DNA from: an uncultured virus (IMG/VR IMGVR_UViG_3300036715_002711)
Taxonomy: Duplodnaviria > Heunggongvirae > Uroviricota > Caudoviricetes
Direction: 5' to 3' (one strand)
Length of the DNA stretch: 64,000 nt
IMG/VR virus record: IMGVR_UViG_3300036715_002711
The notes below the pieces were generated by a model that was given only the letters and a program-made list of their open reading frames with translations, had not been told where the DNA came from and ran no database searches. Of the stretch, positions 27,319 to 36,584 are shown one piece after another. Each line of letters opens with the position of its first letter. The stretch's first letter is position 1. The position numbers were made by a program, and so were the translations under genes.

Positions 27319-28709
27319 CACTTGCCCTTCTTCTTGTCCTTGAGGACCTTCAGCCTAGGCTTGAGGTCATCCTTCAGGTCCAAGTCTTGAAGGTCCTTCA
27401 AGTAGAGGGACTCCTTGGTGCTCTTCTTGAAGAAGTCAATCAGCTGGAGCTGGAGCTGCACTTCGGCCAACAGCTTGTCGATGTTGTCCTGGGTCAGGTT
27501 GTAGATCTTGATGTCGAGCAGGTCCGTGACATGCTTGAAACCTTCGGCCGTCAGGAACTGCTCGAGGTCAACCTTCTTCATCTTCGAGAAGGCGCCTGCC
27601 ATGCCGTCAGTCAGGTACATCTCGATGAAGCGCACCTTCTCGTTCATCAGCTCGAGCCTAGCCTGCAGCTCAGCGATGCGAGCCTGGCGCCGGTCTTCGT
27701 AGCGCTCGAGACGGTACTCGAGGAAGGCGTCTACCAGAGCCTCCGGCGTCTTGAAGCACTTGAGCTTGCCGCTCGGCAGCCAAACGGTCAGGTTCTCGGT
27801 GTTCTTCGAGATCAGCTTCAGCTTGAGCAGCAGCTCAGCGTCCGTCATGTAGCCAGTGGTACGGGGCACGTCCAGGACAAAGCGGAAGCCGTTGACCGTG
27901 GATTCGCTCTCGAAGCCCTTAATCAGCTCCAGATCCTGCAGGCCAAACAGCACCTCCTTGTAGGCGTCATGCTGAACGCCGATCGGCAGCTCGGTGACCA
28001 CGATCTTGGTCGAAGCCTCCTTCTCGAACCTGCCGGTGCATTGCACTTGGCCCGTCGCGAGGCGCTCAACTTTGCCTGTGTAGCCGCGGAACCAGGGAAC
28101 CAGCTTGACGCTGGTCTTGCCGGTCTTCAGCTTGTCCGTGATGTACTTGCGGAGGTCCTCCGGGTTGTACGGGAAGATGTTGGTCGCGAAGCCTGTGCCC
28201 ATGCCGTTGGCGCCGTTAACCAGCACGTTAGGCAGGATCGGCAGGTAGCGCTCAGGCTCGATCTCCTCCTCATCTTCAGTCAGGTACTTGAGGATCAGGT
28301 CATCGTCACGCTTGAAGAGCTTGCGGAAGCAGGGCTCGAGGTTGGTGAAGATGTAGCGTGTTGCGGCGTTGGCGTCGGACAGCCGTGACCCGAACTGCCC
28401 GATGGGCATCAGGTAGTTGAGGTTGTTGGCGCCTGGGTAGTCCTGAGCCAGCTTGACGATGGTCGACTCGAGCGAGGCCTCGCCGTGGTGGTATGCAGAG
28501 ACGAGCGCGATAGCGGCCGCGAGCTGGGAGACCTTGATGCCGGTCTCGGGGATGGTGCTCGCCTTCTTCAGCGTGCCGAAGATGACCTTGCGCTGTGAGG
28601 GCTTGAAGCCGTCAATCAGGTCGGGGATGGCGCGGACGTTGGCGTGGACCGAGTACTCACGGACGTCGGTGCCAAAGAATTGTTCGATGTTGATGTGCTT
28701 AGTTGCCAT
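27318..28709 (-). CDS. DNA topoisomerase II, GyrA/ParC-like subunit (T4 gp52-like)
   Basis: DGFKPSQRK, YHHGE, GQFGSR, catalytic AATRY, NGANGMGTGF. Confidence 0.96.
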   Translation of the reverse strand: MATKHINIEQFFGTDVREYSVHANVRAIPDLIDGFKPSQRKVIFGTLKKASTIPETGIKVSQLAAAIALVSAYHHGEASLESTIVKLAQDYPGANNLNYLMPIGQFGSRLSDANAATRYIFTNLEPCFRKLFKRDDDLILKYLTEDEEEIEPERYLPILPNVLVNGANGMGTGFATNIFPYNPEDLRKYITDKLKTGKTSVKLVPWFRGYTGKVERLATGQVQCTGRFEKEASTKIVVTELPIGVQHDAYKEVLFGLQDLELIKGFESESTVNGFRFVLDVPRTTGYMTDAELLLKLKLISKNTENLTVWLPSGKLKCFKTPEALVDAFLEYRLERYEDRRQARIAELQARLELMNEKVRFIEMYLTDGMAGAFSKMKKVDLEQFLTAEGFKHVTDLLDIKIYNLTQDNIDKLLAEVQLQLQLIDFFKKSTKESLYLKDLQDLDLKDDLKPRLKVLKDKKKGK

Positions 28710-28719
28710 GGCTGTCTCC

Positions 28720-30684
28720 TTAGATCACGATTGCGTCTACGCTCAAGTCGAGCCAGACTTTTCGACGATCTGAAGAGCCGTCCTCCTTGCCAAACACCAA
28801 GTTGATGATGTCGCCGTCCGCCTTGCTGTTAACCTCGAGCCTGACCAAGTGCTTGGGCAGGTCGGACAAGTACTCTTCGAACTCCTCAGGCGATGAGGTG
28901 CCCAGGCCTTTGTAGTACTTGAAGTTTTTGACCTTGTCAGCGTTGCCAGGCTTCTTGACCCACTGATCATACTCGTCCTGGTTGTCAAAGGAGACCGGTT
29001 CCTTGTTGTTGCCCTTCAGCCAGATCTTGATCATCGGGGTGTAGAACCGATGGATGACGCCGAGGGTGAACAGCTCAGGCCAGAACTTGTGGAGGTTGCT
29101 GCACATGATGCCCGCGATGTGCGAGCCGTCGACGTCGGCGTCAGTGGTGATGACCAGGTGGCCGTAGCGCAGGTCCTTGACGGACTTGACAGGTACTCCA
29201 ACCTGGAGGCCCATAGCCGCACAGATGTTGACGAACTCGGTCTCCTCCTTGCGCTTGGCCTCCTTGTCCTTCTCCTCGATGCCCAGCAGCTTCTTCAACG
29301 TGACCGAGTTGGCGTTCTGAGGCTTGCCTCGAAGAGCGAGCGCGCCCATGGTCTTGGCGTCGCGGCCCGACACGATGGCGCTCTTGGCAGAGTCACCTTC
29401 GGCGATGAACAAGTAGCACAGCTCAGGCTTCTTGCCAGCCAAGTTGGCGTCCTCGAGCTTGAGGATCCGCTTCGGGTTGGTCTTGTCCAGGTTCTTGTTC
29501 TTGTCTCGGACATCCTGCATCTCGCGAGCGAGCGCCTTGGCTTCGACCCAGTCCAACACGCGCTGGATGATCTCAGACTTGAGCAAGCGTTGGATCAGCT
29601 TCTCGGAGGCCTTGTAGACCGTCTTGTACTCCTTCGGCTCGGTGATCAAGTTCTCCTTGGTCTGCGAGTCGTAGCGAGGCTTGATGATGCGGGCGTTGAC
29701 AAACAGCTTCATGTGCTGCTTGATCTCAGCCGGCTTGACATCGACCTTGTGCTTGGTCTTGAAGTAGGCCCGCAGCTTGTCGATGACCTGGTCAATGACG
29801 TAGTCGATGTGCGTGCCGCCGATCACCGTCTCTGTGGCGTTGACAAAGCTGATCTGCTTGAAGCCTTCATCGGAGGCCGCGATGGCGACCTGCCAGTCAG
29901 GCGACTCGTCATACTCGAACAGGTCGGTGTAGAGCTTGACGTAGTCCTTGAAGGAGTCGATGCGGCAGCGACGGCCGTTGAAGTACACCTTCAGATGCGG
30001 GTTGCAGCCTGCCACGTCATAGACCCGCTTCATCAGCTTGGCGTAGTTGCCTTCGTCCAGGCTGGTGTCCAAGTGGGCGTAGTCGGGCGCGTAAGTGATG
30101 CGGGTGTAGCCTGGGCCTTCCAGCTCGATGATGGAGGGCTTGGTCTTCTCCATCATGTTCTTCGAGAAGATCTGCTTGAAGACCTTCTTGCCGTCGCACG
30201 TCTCAATAACGAACTTTGTACTGAAGATGTTGGTAAGCGAGGCGCCTTCACCGTTTTGGCCGGTGACATCGGTGTCTTCAGTGTCATCGAAGTTGGAGCC
30301 GGACCGCAGGTAGCCGAGCACCAAGGTCGGGATGTACTCGTCATACTCGCTGTGCTTGATGACCGGCATGCCGCCGTTGTCCCAGACCGAGATGACGCCC
30401 GTTGTTTGGTCGATGTCGACCTTGATCGTGTCGAGATGCTTGCCCTCAGGTCGTTTGCTGTGGTCGACTGAGTTGGAGATGACCTCGTCGAAGAGCTTGA
30501 GGAGGCCTGGGTTCCAGGTCACCTCCTTGAGAAGCATCTTCGGATTGTCGTAACCGAGCGCGATGTCGGCGAGGTAAGTGTTGGCAGTGTGGGGCTTGAC
30601 CGAGCCGATGTATCGCCCGGGGCGGAGCAGCACGTGCTCAACGTCGGTTAACCGCTTAAACTTTTGTTCGATTGACTTGCTCAT
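28720..30684 (-). CDS. DNA topoisomerase II, ATPase/TOPRIM subunit (gp39+gp60-like, fused)
   Basis: EHVLLRPGRYIGS, DEVISNSVD, GQNGEG, EGDSA, LRGK, DADVDG, YYKGLG. Confidence 0.97.
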   Translation of the reverse strand: MSKSIEQKFKRLTDVEHVLLRPGRYIGSVKPHTANTYLADIALGYDNPKMLLKEVTWNPGLLKLFDEVISNSVDHSKRPEGKHLDTIKVDIDQTTGVISVWDNGGMPVIKHSEYDEYIPTLVLGYLRSGSNFDDTEDTDVTGQNGEGASLTNIFSTKFVIETCDGKKVFKQIFSKNMMEKTKPSIIELEGPGYTRITYAPDYAHLDTSLDEGNYAKLMKRVYDVAGCNPHLKVYFNGRRCRIDSFKDYVKLYTDLFEYDESPDWQVAIAASDEGFKQISFVNATETVIGGTHIDYVIDQVIDKLRAYFKTKHKVDVKPAEIKQHMKLFVNARIIKPRYDSQTKENLITEPKEYKTVYKASEKLIQRLLKSEIIQRVLDWVEAKALAREMQDVRDKNKNLDKTNPKRILKLEDANLAGKKPELCYLFIAEGDSAKSAIVSGRDAKTMGALALRGKPQNANSVTLKKLLGIEEKDKEAKRKEETEFVNICAAMGLQVGVPVKSVKDLRYGHLVITTDADVDGSHIAGIMCSNLHKFWPELFTLGVIHRFYTPMIKIWLKGNNKEPVSFDNQDEYDQWVKKPGNADKVKNFKYYKGLGTSSPEEFEEYLSDLPKHLVRLEVNSKADGDIINLVFGKEDGSSDRRKVWLDLSVDAIVI

Positions 30685-30755
30685 AAACCATTATAAAAGG
30701 TAATTAAGCGTGTATTTATAGCCAACCTGAGCCAGCCGCTTGACGGCACATTATA

Positions 30756-30962
30756 TCACATCTTCTCAATCCTCATGGTATCCCAGGGCTCGTCGGTCCA
30801 CACTTCGGGCCGTTGCCAGGTTGGCAGCTTGTAGCCCGTGACTCGCCGACCGGTCCAGCCTTGGCCGTCAAGCACTGGGCTATAGAGGCGTCGAGTGGCC
30901 TCCATCAAGCCAAGCATGGTGTTGCTGACGGAGCCGTAGAAGCACCGTTGATGAACTCTCAC
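30756..30962 (-). pseudogene. truncated DUF262/ParB-like fragment
   Basis: LPTWQRPEVWT motif followed by an early end. Confidence 0.45.
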
Positions 30963-31390
30963 ATGGCATCCTCTTCGATGTACCGTTGTGACCGCTCAAC
31001 CGTGCTGCGCAGCTGAACTCGTGAAAACTTGCTGTCCGGCAACCGGCGCTTGACCGTCCGGCCAGTAGGCGCAGCCGCAGGTGCGTTGAACTGCCGGCTG
31101 TAGCTGTGGATGTCCGTGTCCAACACCGTCACGCACGAGGTATCCACGATCACAAATAGCGCGTTCTCGTAGACCCGAAAGGTGTAGTTGTGCTCGTAGC
31201 CGTACTGCTCCCGTAGGTGCAGCATCAACGCCGTGTCATTGAGGTGCCGATTGGTCTCCGTAGCACGTCCGTTGAACAGCTCGAGGCAGCTGTACAGGAA
31301 GGAAGCCTCATCGTTGTACGGCAGGAGGTGACGATCATGCCTTTCCCGCAGACGTTGTTGAGCATGCTTGGTCAGGTAAGCGTTCTTCAT
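30959..31390 (-). CDS. hypothetical protein
   Basis: LTKHAQQRLRER..CVTV. Confidence 0.7.
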   Translation of the reverse strand: MKNAYLTKHAQQRLRERHDRHLLPYNDEASFLYSCLELFNGRATETNRHLNDTALMLHLREQYGYEHNYTFRVYENALFVIVDTSCVTVLDTDIHSYSRQFNAPAAAPTGRTVKRRLPDSKFSRVQLRSTVERSQRYIEEDAM

Positions 31391-31671
31391 ACGTGGCGCT
31401 TCTTCCAGTCATAGCCCGGCAGTACCTCAGCGACGCCAGGCTTGCCCACCGATTCGGCGAGCTCAGTTGAGATGGTCACGTGCCGACGGCCCGCCTTGCG
31501 AAGAGTCTCAGCGTAGGTCAGCGCGAGCAACAGCTTAGTCGGACCCAGAAGATGCACGTGCGGCGTGTCGGTCTCGTCCAAGGAGAAGACCGCGATGCCA
31601 GGTCCAGCGACCGGAACGGCATCAGGTTCGATTGGCGCGTCAGGGTGCAGGTGCATACACCACCTGAGCAA
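31387..31671 (-). CDS. hypothetical protein
   Basis: SVGKPGV..YDWKKR; start uncertain. Confidence 0.55.
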   Translation of the reverse strand: MLRWCMHLHPDAPIEPDAVPVAGPGIAVFSLDETDTPHVHLLGPTKLLLALTYAETLRKAGRRHVTISTELAESVGKPGVAEVLPGYDWKKRHV

Positions 31672-31758
31672 CAGCGAACAGGATGATCAGGCCAGCGATG
31701 CCAACCCATGTCCACGGTGAGTTCCAGAATTCTTTCATGTGTTCCCTCTTTCTAGTTG

Positions 31759-32004
31759 TTAGTCACAATCAAATGTTGACGAAGCGAGCTGCTTACCTTG
31801 CTCGGCCTCCCACTTGACCCATGGTGATTGCCGGCTGTCACCGGTTATCCGGTTCCACTGGCCGATGTAGCGGTCAACCTTAGCCATCAGCTCGTGGTTA
31901 AGCGTGCACTCGGCTGCTTCTTGCATGTGGTCGAGCATGTCCTTGAAGGACTGCAACACCTCCATGTGCATGGAGCGCTTGATCTTGTTGAGCTCGAGAG
32001 TCAT
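31759..32004 (-). CDS. hypothetical protein
   Basis: 81 aa in a packed operon. Confidence 0.65.
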   Translation of the reverse strand: MTLELNKIKRSMHMEVLQSFKDMLDHMQEAAECTLNHELMAKVDRYIGQWNRITGDSRQSPWVKWEAEQGKQLASSTFDCD

Positions 32005-32007
32005 TGC

Positions 32008-32241
32008 TCAGTCCTCGACTACGGGAAGATTGTTGAAGTCCGTTTCGTCGGCGTCACGAAGATTGATCCAGCCGAAGCCGATCCACTCCTTGACAACGCC
32101 GTCGAGGATGACCAACGGGTAGCGCTTCTCGTTGCCTGCTGTCATGCGAAGCGTGGACAGCTCAGCTCGCTTAACTGTTACCGTGTTCACTTCAGCTTCA
32201 AGCGTTGACATAAGCCTGAGCTGCTGCAGCTGCAGCGTCAT
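32008..32241 (-). CDS. hypothetical protein
   Basis: VKEWIGFGWI; true start may be the internal Met. Confidence 0.65.
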   Translation of the reverse strand: MTLQLQQLRLMSTLEAEVNTVTVKRAELSTLRMTAGNEKRYPLVILDGVVKEWIGFGWINLRDADETDFNNLPVVED

Positions 32242-32398
32242 ATTGCTCGGTAACGTAGGACAAGAGCGTCGGCTGATTGTCCTCGTAGTAGGTGGCTTGC
32301 GCTTCTTCGAAAACGATGGTGAAGACGCGCTTCAGGTCACGCTCGAAGACCGCGTCCTTCAAGATCCAACGCAACAGGTACAGCTTCAGCTTGCTCAT
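32198..32398 (-). CDS. hypothetical protein
   Basis: GAGG RBS; promoter-like motif at 32427-32457. Confidence 0.6.
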   Translation of the reverse strand: MSKLKLYLLRWILKDAVFERDLKRVFTIVFEEAQATYYEDNQPTLLSYVTEQYDAAAAAAQAYVNA

Positions 32399-32472
32399 GT
32401 TTCACCTCAGTCGGTTCGGATGATGGATTGTACATCCAAGACTAGGCTCTTTGTAAACAGCTAAATAGTCAT

Positions 32473-32941
32473 ATGGACTATCAAAGATGCTACGATGCGC
32501 TGGTTCAACGGGCGTTGGATCGAACCCTTCCATCTGGAACGTACCTAGAACGGCATCACATTGTTCCTAAATGTGTAGGTGGTACGGATCAGCGAGATAA
32601 CCTTGTTGACCTCCTTCCAGATGAGCATCTGTTCGCCCATCGCCTGCTGCGTCGCATCTACCCAAAGCACAATGCTCTCGCTTACCCCGTGGTGCTCATT
32701 GAGCAAGGGTAGGAAAGGAAGCATGAGCCGTCGGATCTATGCCATGGATCGTAAGAGAGTTGCTGAGGCGAATTCGATCCGTCCGCGTGGTCCCATCTCA
32801 GATGCCCATCGAGCAGCTATTTCAAAGCCTAGAACCAAGCCTATCATAGGCACACCTTGCACCGATGAGCCGAAGAGCAAACACAGTTTACACGCTGAGT
32901 CAGGCCCTTGTCTTCACCATATGCTTAGCGAGAGCAGATGA
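32473..32941 (+). mobile_element. HNH homing endonuclease with NUMOD3-like tail, frameshifted
   Basis: YLERHHIVPKCVGG..NLVDL..EHLFAHRLL; second frame ISDAHRAAISKP; TAAATA at 32462. Confidence 0.8.
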
Positions 32942-32944
32942 AGA

Positions 32945-33300
32945 GCGCCTGTCCTGTTGTATAAGTGCCAGCTCATGAGCACGGACAAGCCTATGGGAGG
33001 AGCCTTGATGAGGTCCCATAGTAGGTGCAACGCTTACGCACGGACACCACTCACGTGCTGCGCTACGAGTTATCAGCTGCGGACTACCGCAATTTGCAAG
33101 ATGGCTCTGACATAGCTGTTTATCGGCGGCGCCTACACGCCTGCCGTCCCCGGGCCTGACACAGGGAAAAGAGCATTCAGTCCTTGCGGACTAAAGGGCC
33201 CCTCAGCCTTTAACGACTTTCTTGAAGTTCAACCACCGATGAGGTTACCACTTAACGGCGCTTCGGGCCGACGTCGCTTATGAGCATTATGAAAGTTATG
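32945..33300 (-). ncRNA. candidate structured ncRNA (about 350 nt)
   Basis: No ORF; minus-strand GNRA hairpins (AGTCC-GCAA-GGACT, CAC-GTGA-GTG, GC-GTAA-GC), CTATGGGA/TCCCATAG, GCTTGTCC/GGACAGGC. Confidence 0.45.
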
Positions 33301-33568
33301 AAGTCAGTCCCTGATTGGGAACCTGAGCAGGAGGCAGCGCGTCATCGCGCGACCCAAGAGCTTGAGCCTAGCTTTGCAGGTGGACGCCTCAGCTAGCTTC
33401 ACTCGCTCATTGAGCGCGAGCAGCTGGGGCGGCTGAGTAGCCGCCTGCAGAAAGTCATTGGGGGTACATGTTATACATGTCGTCGACCGGGAACCCTTGA
33501 GCTGGTCATGCATTGTAATTTACACAATGGCCTTCTTGAGGAATTTTAAGTCAGCGTCCGTGTACATG

Positions 33569-34021
33569 TCAGTCCCATCCCATAACGGTGCAGAAGTCCA
33601 TAGGAGGTGCTTCGTCAAACTCCTCAGCGACTTGGCGCATGAGGGAGGTAGGCGAGGCAAACCTGAACCGCTTTTCGAGAGCGCCGGGCGTGTCCTCGGG
33701 CCTAGGCGGCATGTAGTAGACGCCGGTGTAGAGGTCATTGGGGCGTTGTCGGTCGATGAACAGCTTGAGCTTGACCGTGCGCTTGCCTGGCTTTGCGATC
33801 CTGGCGAGCAGCATGACGTTGCCATGCTGACCGCGCCGCAGCATCGTGTTGACCTGCAAGCCTTCATCCTCGGCGCGGTCCACGATCACCTGCTGAGCAT
33901 TCAGGTACAAGCGGTTCTTCTCGGGCCAAGGTTCGGTCATCTGACAGTAGTCATTGACCTGATCATCAAAGGCGCGCCAGTCCCACTTGTCAGAGGTGTA
34001 GAGGCGGAGCTCGTTTTTCAT
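33569..34021 (-). CDS. hypothetical protein
   Basis: 150 aa. Confidence 0.7.
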   Translation of the reverse strand: MKNELRLYTSDKWDWRAFDDQVNDYCQMTEPWPEKNRLYLNAQQVIVDRAEDEGLQVNTMLRRGQHGNVMLLARIAKPGKRTVKLKLFIDRQRPNDLYTGVYYMPPRPEDTPGALEKRFRFASPTSLMRQVAEEFDEAPPMDFCTVMGWD

Positions 34022-34245
34022 TTGCGATCTTCGAAGTGTGATGTGATAGTATATTCTTTTTGGCTACGGCAGCCGTTATGATAGCAGATTTCGCCGCCTT
34101 GTCCTATGTATGACCCACAGCAACAGGTGTCGTCATCGTACTCGCGGTACCGCCATTGCAGGCTCAGGTGCCGCCAGAAGGGGTGGTAGCCACGCGCCTG
34201 CCAAGCTTCCTTGACACAGCGCTTAAGGTCACGGATGAAGCTCAT
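34018..34245 (-). CDS. small Cys-rich hypothetical protein
   Basis: MSFIRDLKR..TCCCGS..ICYHNGC. Confidence 0.6.
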   Translation of the reverse strand: MSFIRDLKRCVKEAWQARGYHPFWRHLSLQWRYREYDDDTCCCGSYIGQGGEICYHNGCRSQKEYTITSHFEDRK

Positions 34246-34606
34246 AGTACTTGAAGATAGCCGCTGTACAAGCGAAGACGGCGCAGAGGAACCAGCGTGT
34301 GTTGCGTGACAGGTCAAGGAGGGCCGAGAGGCCAAAAGCGATAGCCGCGCCTCCGTACATCAGGAAGCGTACGTTGAGCGCCAAGGCCAGGAGGTCGGCT
34401 TCAGAGAGAGTAGCCGCAACGCAGTAGTGCGTGCGCCGCTCCGTGTACTCGCGAACCTTGACAACTACCAGCTGGTTGTACTCGATCCTGAAGAGCTCGG
34501 TCTTGACGATGCCTGTCTCCTCAATGCGGGACCCAAATTTGTAGGCGATCTCGCCGGCAAACTCGGTCCGCTGTATAGCGGCTGCTACGTCGGCGATGTC
34601 AGCCAT
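34229..34606 (-). CDS. hypothetical membrane protein
   Basis: C-terminal hydrophobic helices. Confidence 0.55.
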   Translation of the reverse strand: MADIADVAAAIQRTEFAGEIAYKFGSRIEETGIVKTELFRIEYNQLVVVKVREYTERRTHYCVAATLSEADLLALALNVRFLMYGGAAIAFGLSALLDLSRNTRWFLCAVFACTAAIFKYYELHP

Positions 34607-34609
34607 TGC

Positions 34610-35170
34610 TCAGACCACGCAGTCAACCGCAAATAAGCGGTTCAAAGTGAAGACGTAGTCAAAGCCTTCGTCACGAGTCGGAGCCTGGTGGCCCTTCAGC
34701 ATTGAGAAGACGATGCTGCGCGGGATGCTCTTGCCCGTGGCCTTTGCCCGAGCGTCCAAGCGTTCCAGCAGGACCTTGTCGTCGACTTCGAAGTCAACGG
34801 CGACCGTGACGTGGCCGTCACCCTGCTTAGCCCACTTAAGCTTGTCAGACCGCGATTTGCGGGTCATGTTGGTCTGGTCGATGATGACGTTGCGCCCATC
34901 CTTGACGGCGCTCAAGACGGTCTCCTCCATGCAACGCTTCAGCGTCTTGAAGTTAATCTTGTCGAACGCCTGGCTGTAGGTCAGGTTGTTCAGCTGGGCA
35001 TAGGCGTCGATCTGGTCATCTGTGCTGCCGATGGTGATATGAAACAGCTCCTGCAGCACCTTGATCAGTGACGACTTACCTGAAGCAGGCGCCCCCACCA
35101 GCACGATGAACAGGGGCTTGTCGCCCAGGTGTTTAAGCTCGCCGACGAGCTGTTGAAAGTTGACTTTCAT
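34610..35170 (-). CDS. P-loop kinase, polynucleotide kinase (AAA_33)-like
   Basis: LVGAPASGKSS, STDD, IIDQTNMTRKSR, RLDAR..GKSIP, EGFD. Confidence 0.85.
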   Translation of the reverse strand: MKVNFQQLVGELKHLGDKPLFIVLVGAPASGKSSLIKVLQELFHITIGSTDDQIDAYAQLNNLTYSQAFDKINFKTLKRCMEETVLSAVKDGRNVIIDQTNMTRKSRSDKLKWAKQGDGHVTVAVDFEVDDKVLLERLDARAKATGKSIPRSIVFSMLKGHQAPTRDEGFDYVFTLNRLFAVDCVV

Positions 35171-35392
35171 GGAGACGGATTCCTGGTGGGAGAGCTTAGA
35201 AACCAGCGGCGAGCTGGAACTTTGTCAAAACATCCTCATATGTCTCAAAGACACATGCGCCGACATGGGCTGAACGCCGGCACGACCTTCTTGATCATGG
35301 GCATCATGATCTTCTTCAAAGCCGCGGGGAGGGTTGGAGCGTTCGGGTCAGCCATGGCCGAGATTATATCCTTGGTTCGCTCGACTTTACAT

Positions 35393-35929
35393 TTATAGGA
35401 CGGTAGGATCTAGCGCGGCTTGCAGCTCAGCGAGCGTGACCTTGGCCAAGAAGCGCTCATTCGGCTGTCCCTTCAGCGTTAGCATGAAGGCCGACACTTG
35501 GACATTGAGCTCCTCGTCGACAAACGGGACCTCTTCAGCGAAGTAGAGGTAGTTCAAGTTGACAACCTGCGGGTCGGTGACCACGACGGTATTGTTCTTG
35601 ACTCGCAGCAGCTTGACTGATGGGTAGGTCGCTGAAACGGTGACGATGTCAAGCACGCCTGGCATCGAGCATGACGAGCCTGAGCCGATCCCTCCGGTGA
35701 AGTCAATAGCCCTGAGCTGGGCCTCGAACGCAGCCATCGGTGTCCGTGTGTAGAAGGTGTAGGACGGGTAGCCTACCAGCACGACACGTGAGACGACTTC
35801 GACCAGCTGAGTGACCTTGTTCTGCATCCCTACCGTATCAACAATCAGGATGTCCTCTTGGTTGATCAGCAGGGTCGACGTGCTTGCCAGGTCGGTGGAG
35901 AGCTTTTGAAGCTGAAGGTACTTAGCCAT
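35393..35929 (-). CDS. hypothetical protein with internal duplication
   Basis: Two similar halves (LQLQKL..LINQEDI / VKLLRV..VVNLNYL). Confidence 0.7.
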   Translation of the reverse strand: MAKYLQLQKLSTDLASTSTLLINQEDILIVDTVGMQNKVTQLVEVVSRVVLVGYPSYTFYTRTPMAAFEAQLRAIDFTGGIGSGSSCSMPGVLDIVTVSATYPSVKLLRVKNNTVVVTDPQVVNLNYLYFAEEVPFVDEELNVQVSAFMLTLKGQPNERFLAKVTLAELQAALDPTVL

Positions 35930-36560
35930 ATTTCACCATCTCAAAGAATATGGGTGTCGCTGACTCAGGCCATTTCCACGGCCCGCCTTCATACAACCTG
36001 ATCCACTTAGCCGGCGTCTTCCAACGCGCGCCCTCTTTAACAGCGGCAGCTTCATAGCGCACCGGCGTAAAAGTGTACGATATGTGAATCTGAATCTGAT
36101 TTTGAATACCGACAAAGTACTCGCTGCCTACTTTGAGGTCACCGTGCTTGACTCTGGCTCCAAAGCTGTACCAGCGGTCATTAAAGCCAAGAGCCCAGTC
36201 ACCTGTCTTTAGCAGCTTGAGCATACTGCTGCCGAAGCTTTTGCACTCTTCAAGTCGCCACCCGAGCGTATAACGTAAAATTTGACGTGTTAGTCTTAAG
36301 ACATAGCGCTCATCAGTTGTACGCCAGCTATTGCCTCTGCTGTTAATGAGCACCGTGTCAGGGTCGCTATCATAGCTATGCACCCACGCTTCAACATGAG
36401 CCGTCCTGTTTTTAGGATTTCGTGCAATGATAAGAATGCCTCCGTCATACGGCGCAAGCTTGATATCGAGCAAGCCGTCGGATGCGTCGATGAACGCTTG
36501 CTGAAGCTTCAGAGCCTCGGCCCTTAGTTTGTTTGATTCGAGAAGGGTGACGAGTTTCAT
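35922..36560 (-). CDS. hypothetical protein (LKLQ-motif family)
   Basis: MKLVTLLES..ALKLQQAFIDA; TAAATA directly upstream. Confidence 0.75.
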   Translation of the reverse strand: MKLVTLLESNKLRAEALKLQQAFIDASDGLLDIKLAPYDGGILIIARNPKNRTAHVEAWVHSYDSDPDTVLINSRGNSWRTTDERYVLRLTRQILRYTLGWRLEECKSFGSSMLKLLKTGDWALGFNDRWYSFGARVKHGDLKVGSEYFVGIQNQIQIHISYTFTPVRYEAAAVKEGARWKTPAKWIRLYEGGPWKWPESATPIFFEMVKYG

Positions 36561-36567
36561 GCTGGCT

Positions 36568-36580
36568 TATTTAATAAATA
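36568..36580. promoter_or_regulatory. back-to-back TAAATA late-promoter-like motifs
   Basis: TATTTAATAAATA in the 24-bp gap between divergent genes. Confidence 0.6.
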
Positions 36581-36584
36581 GCCA

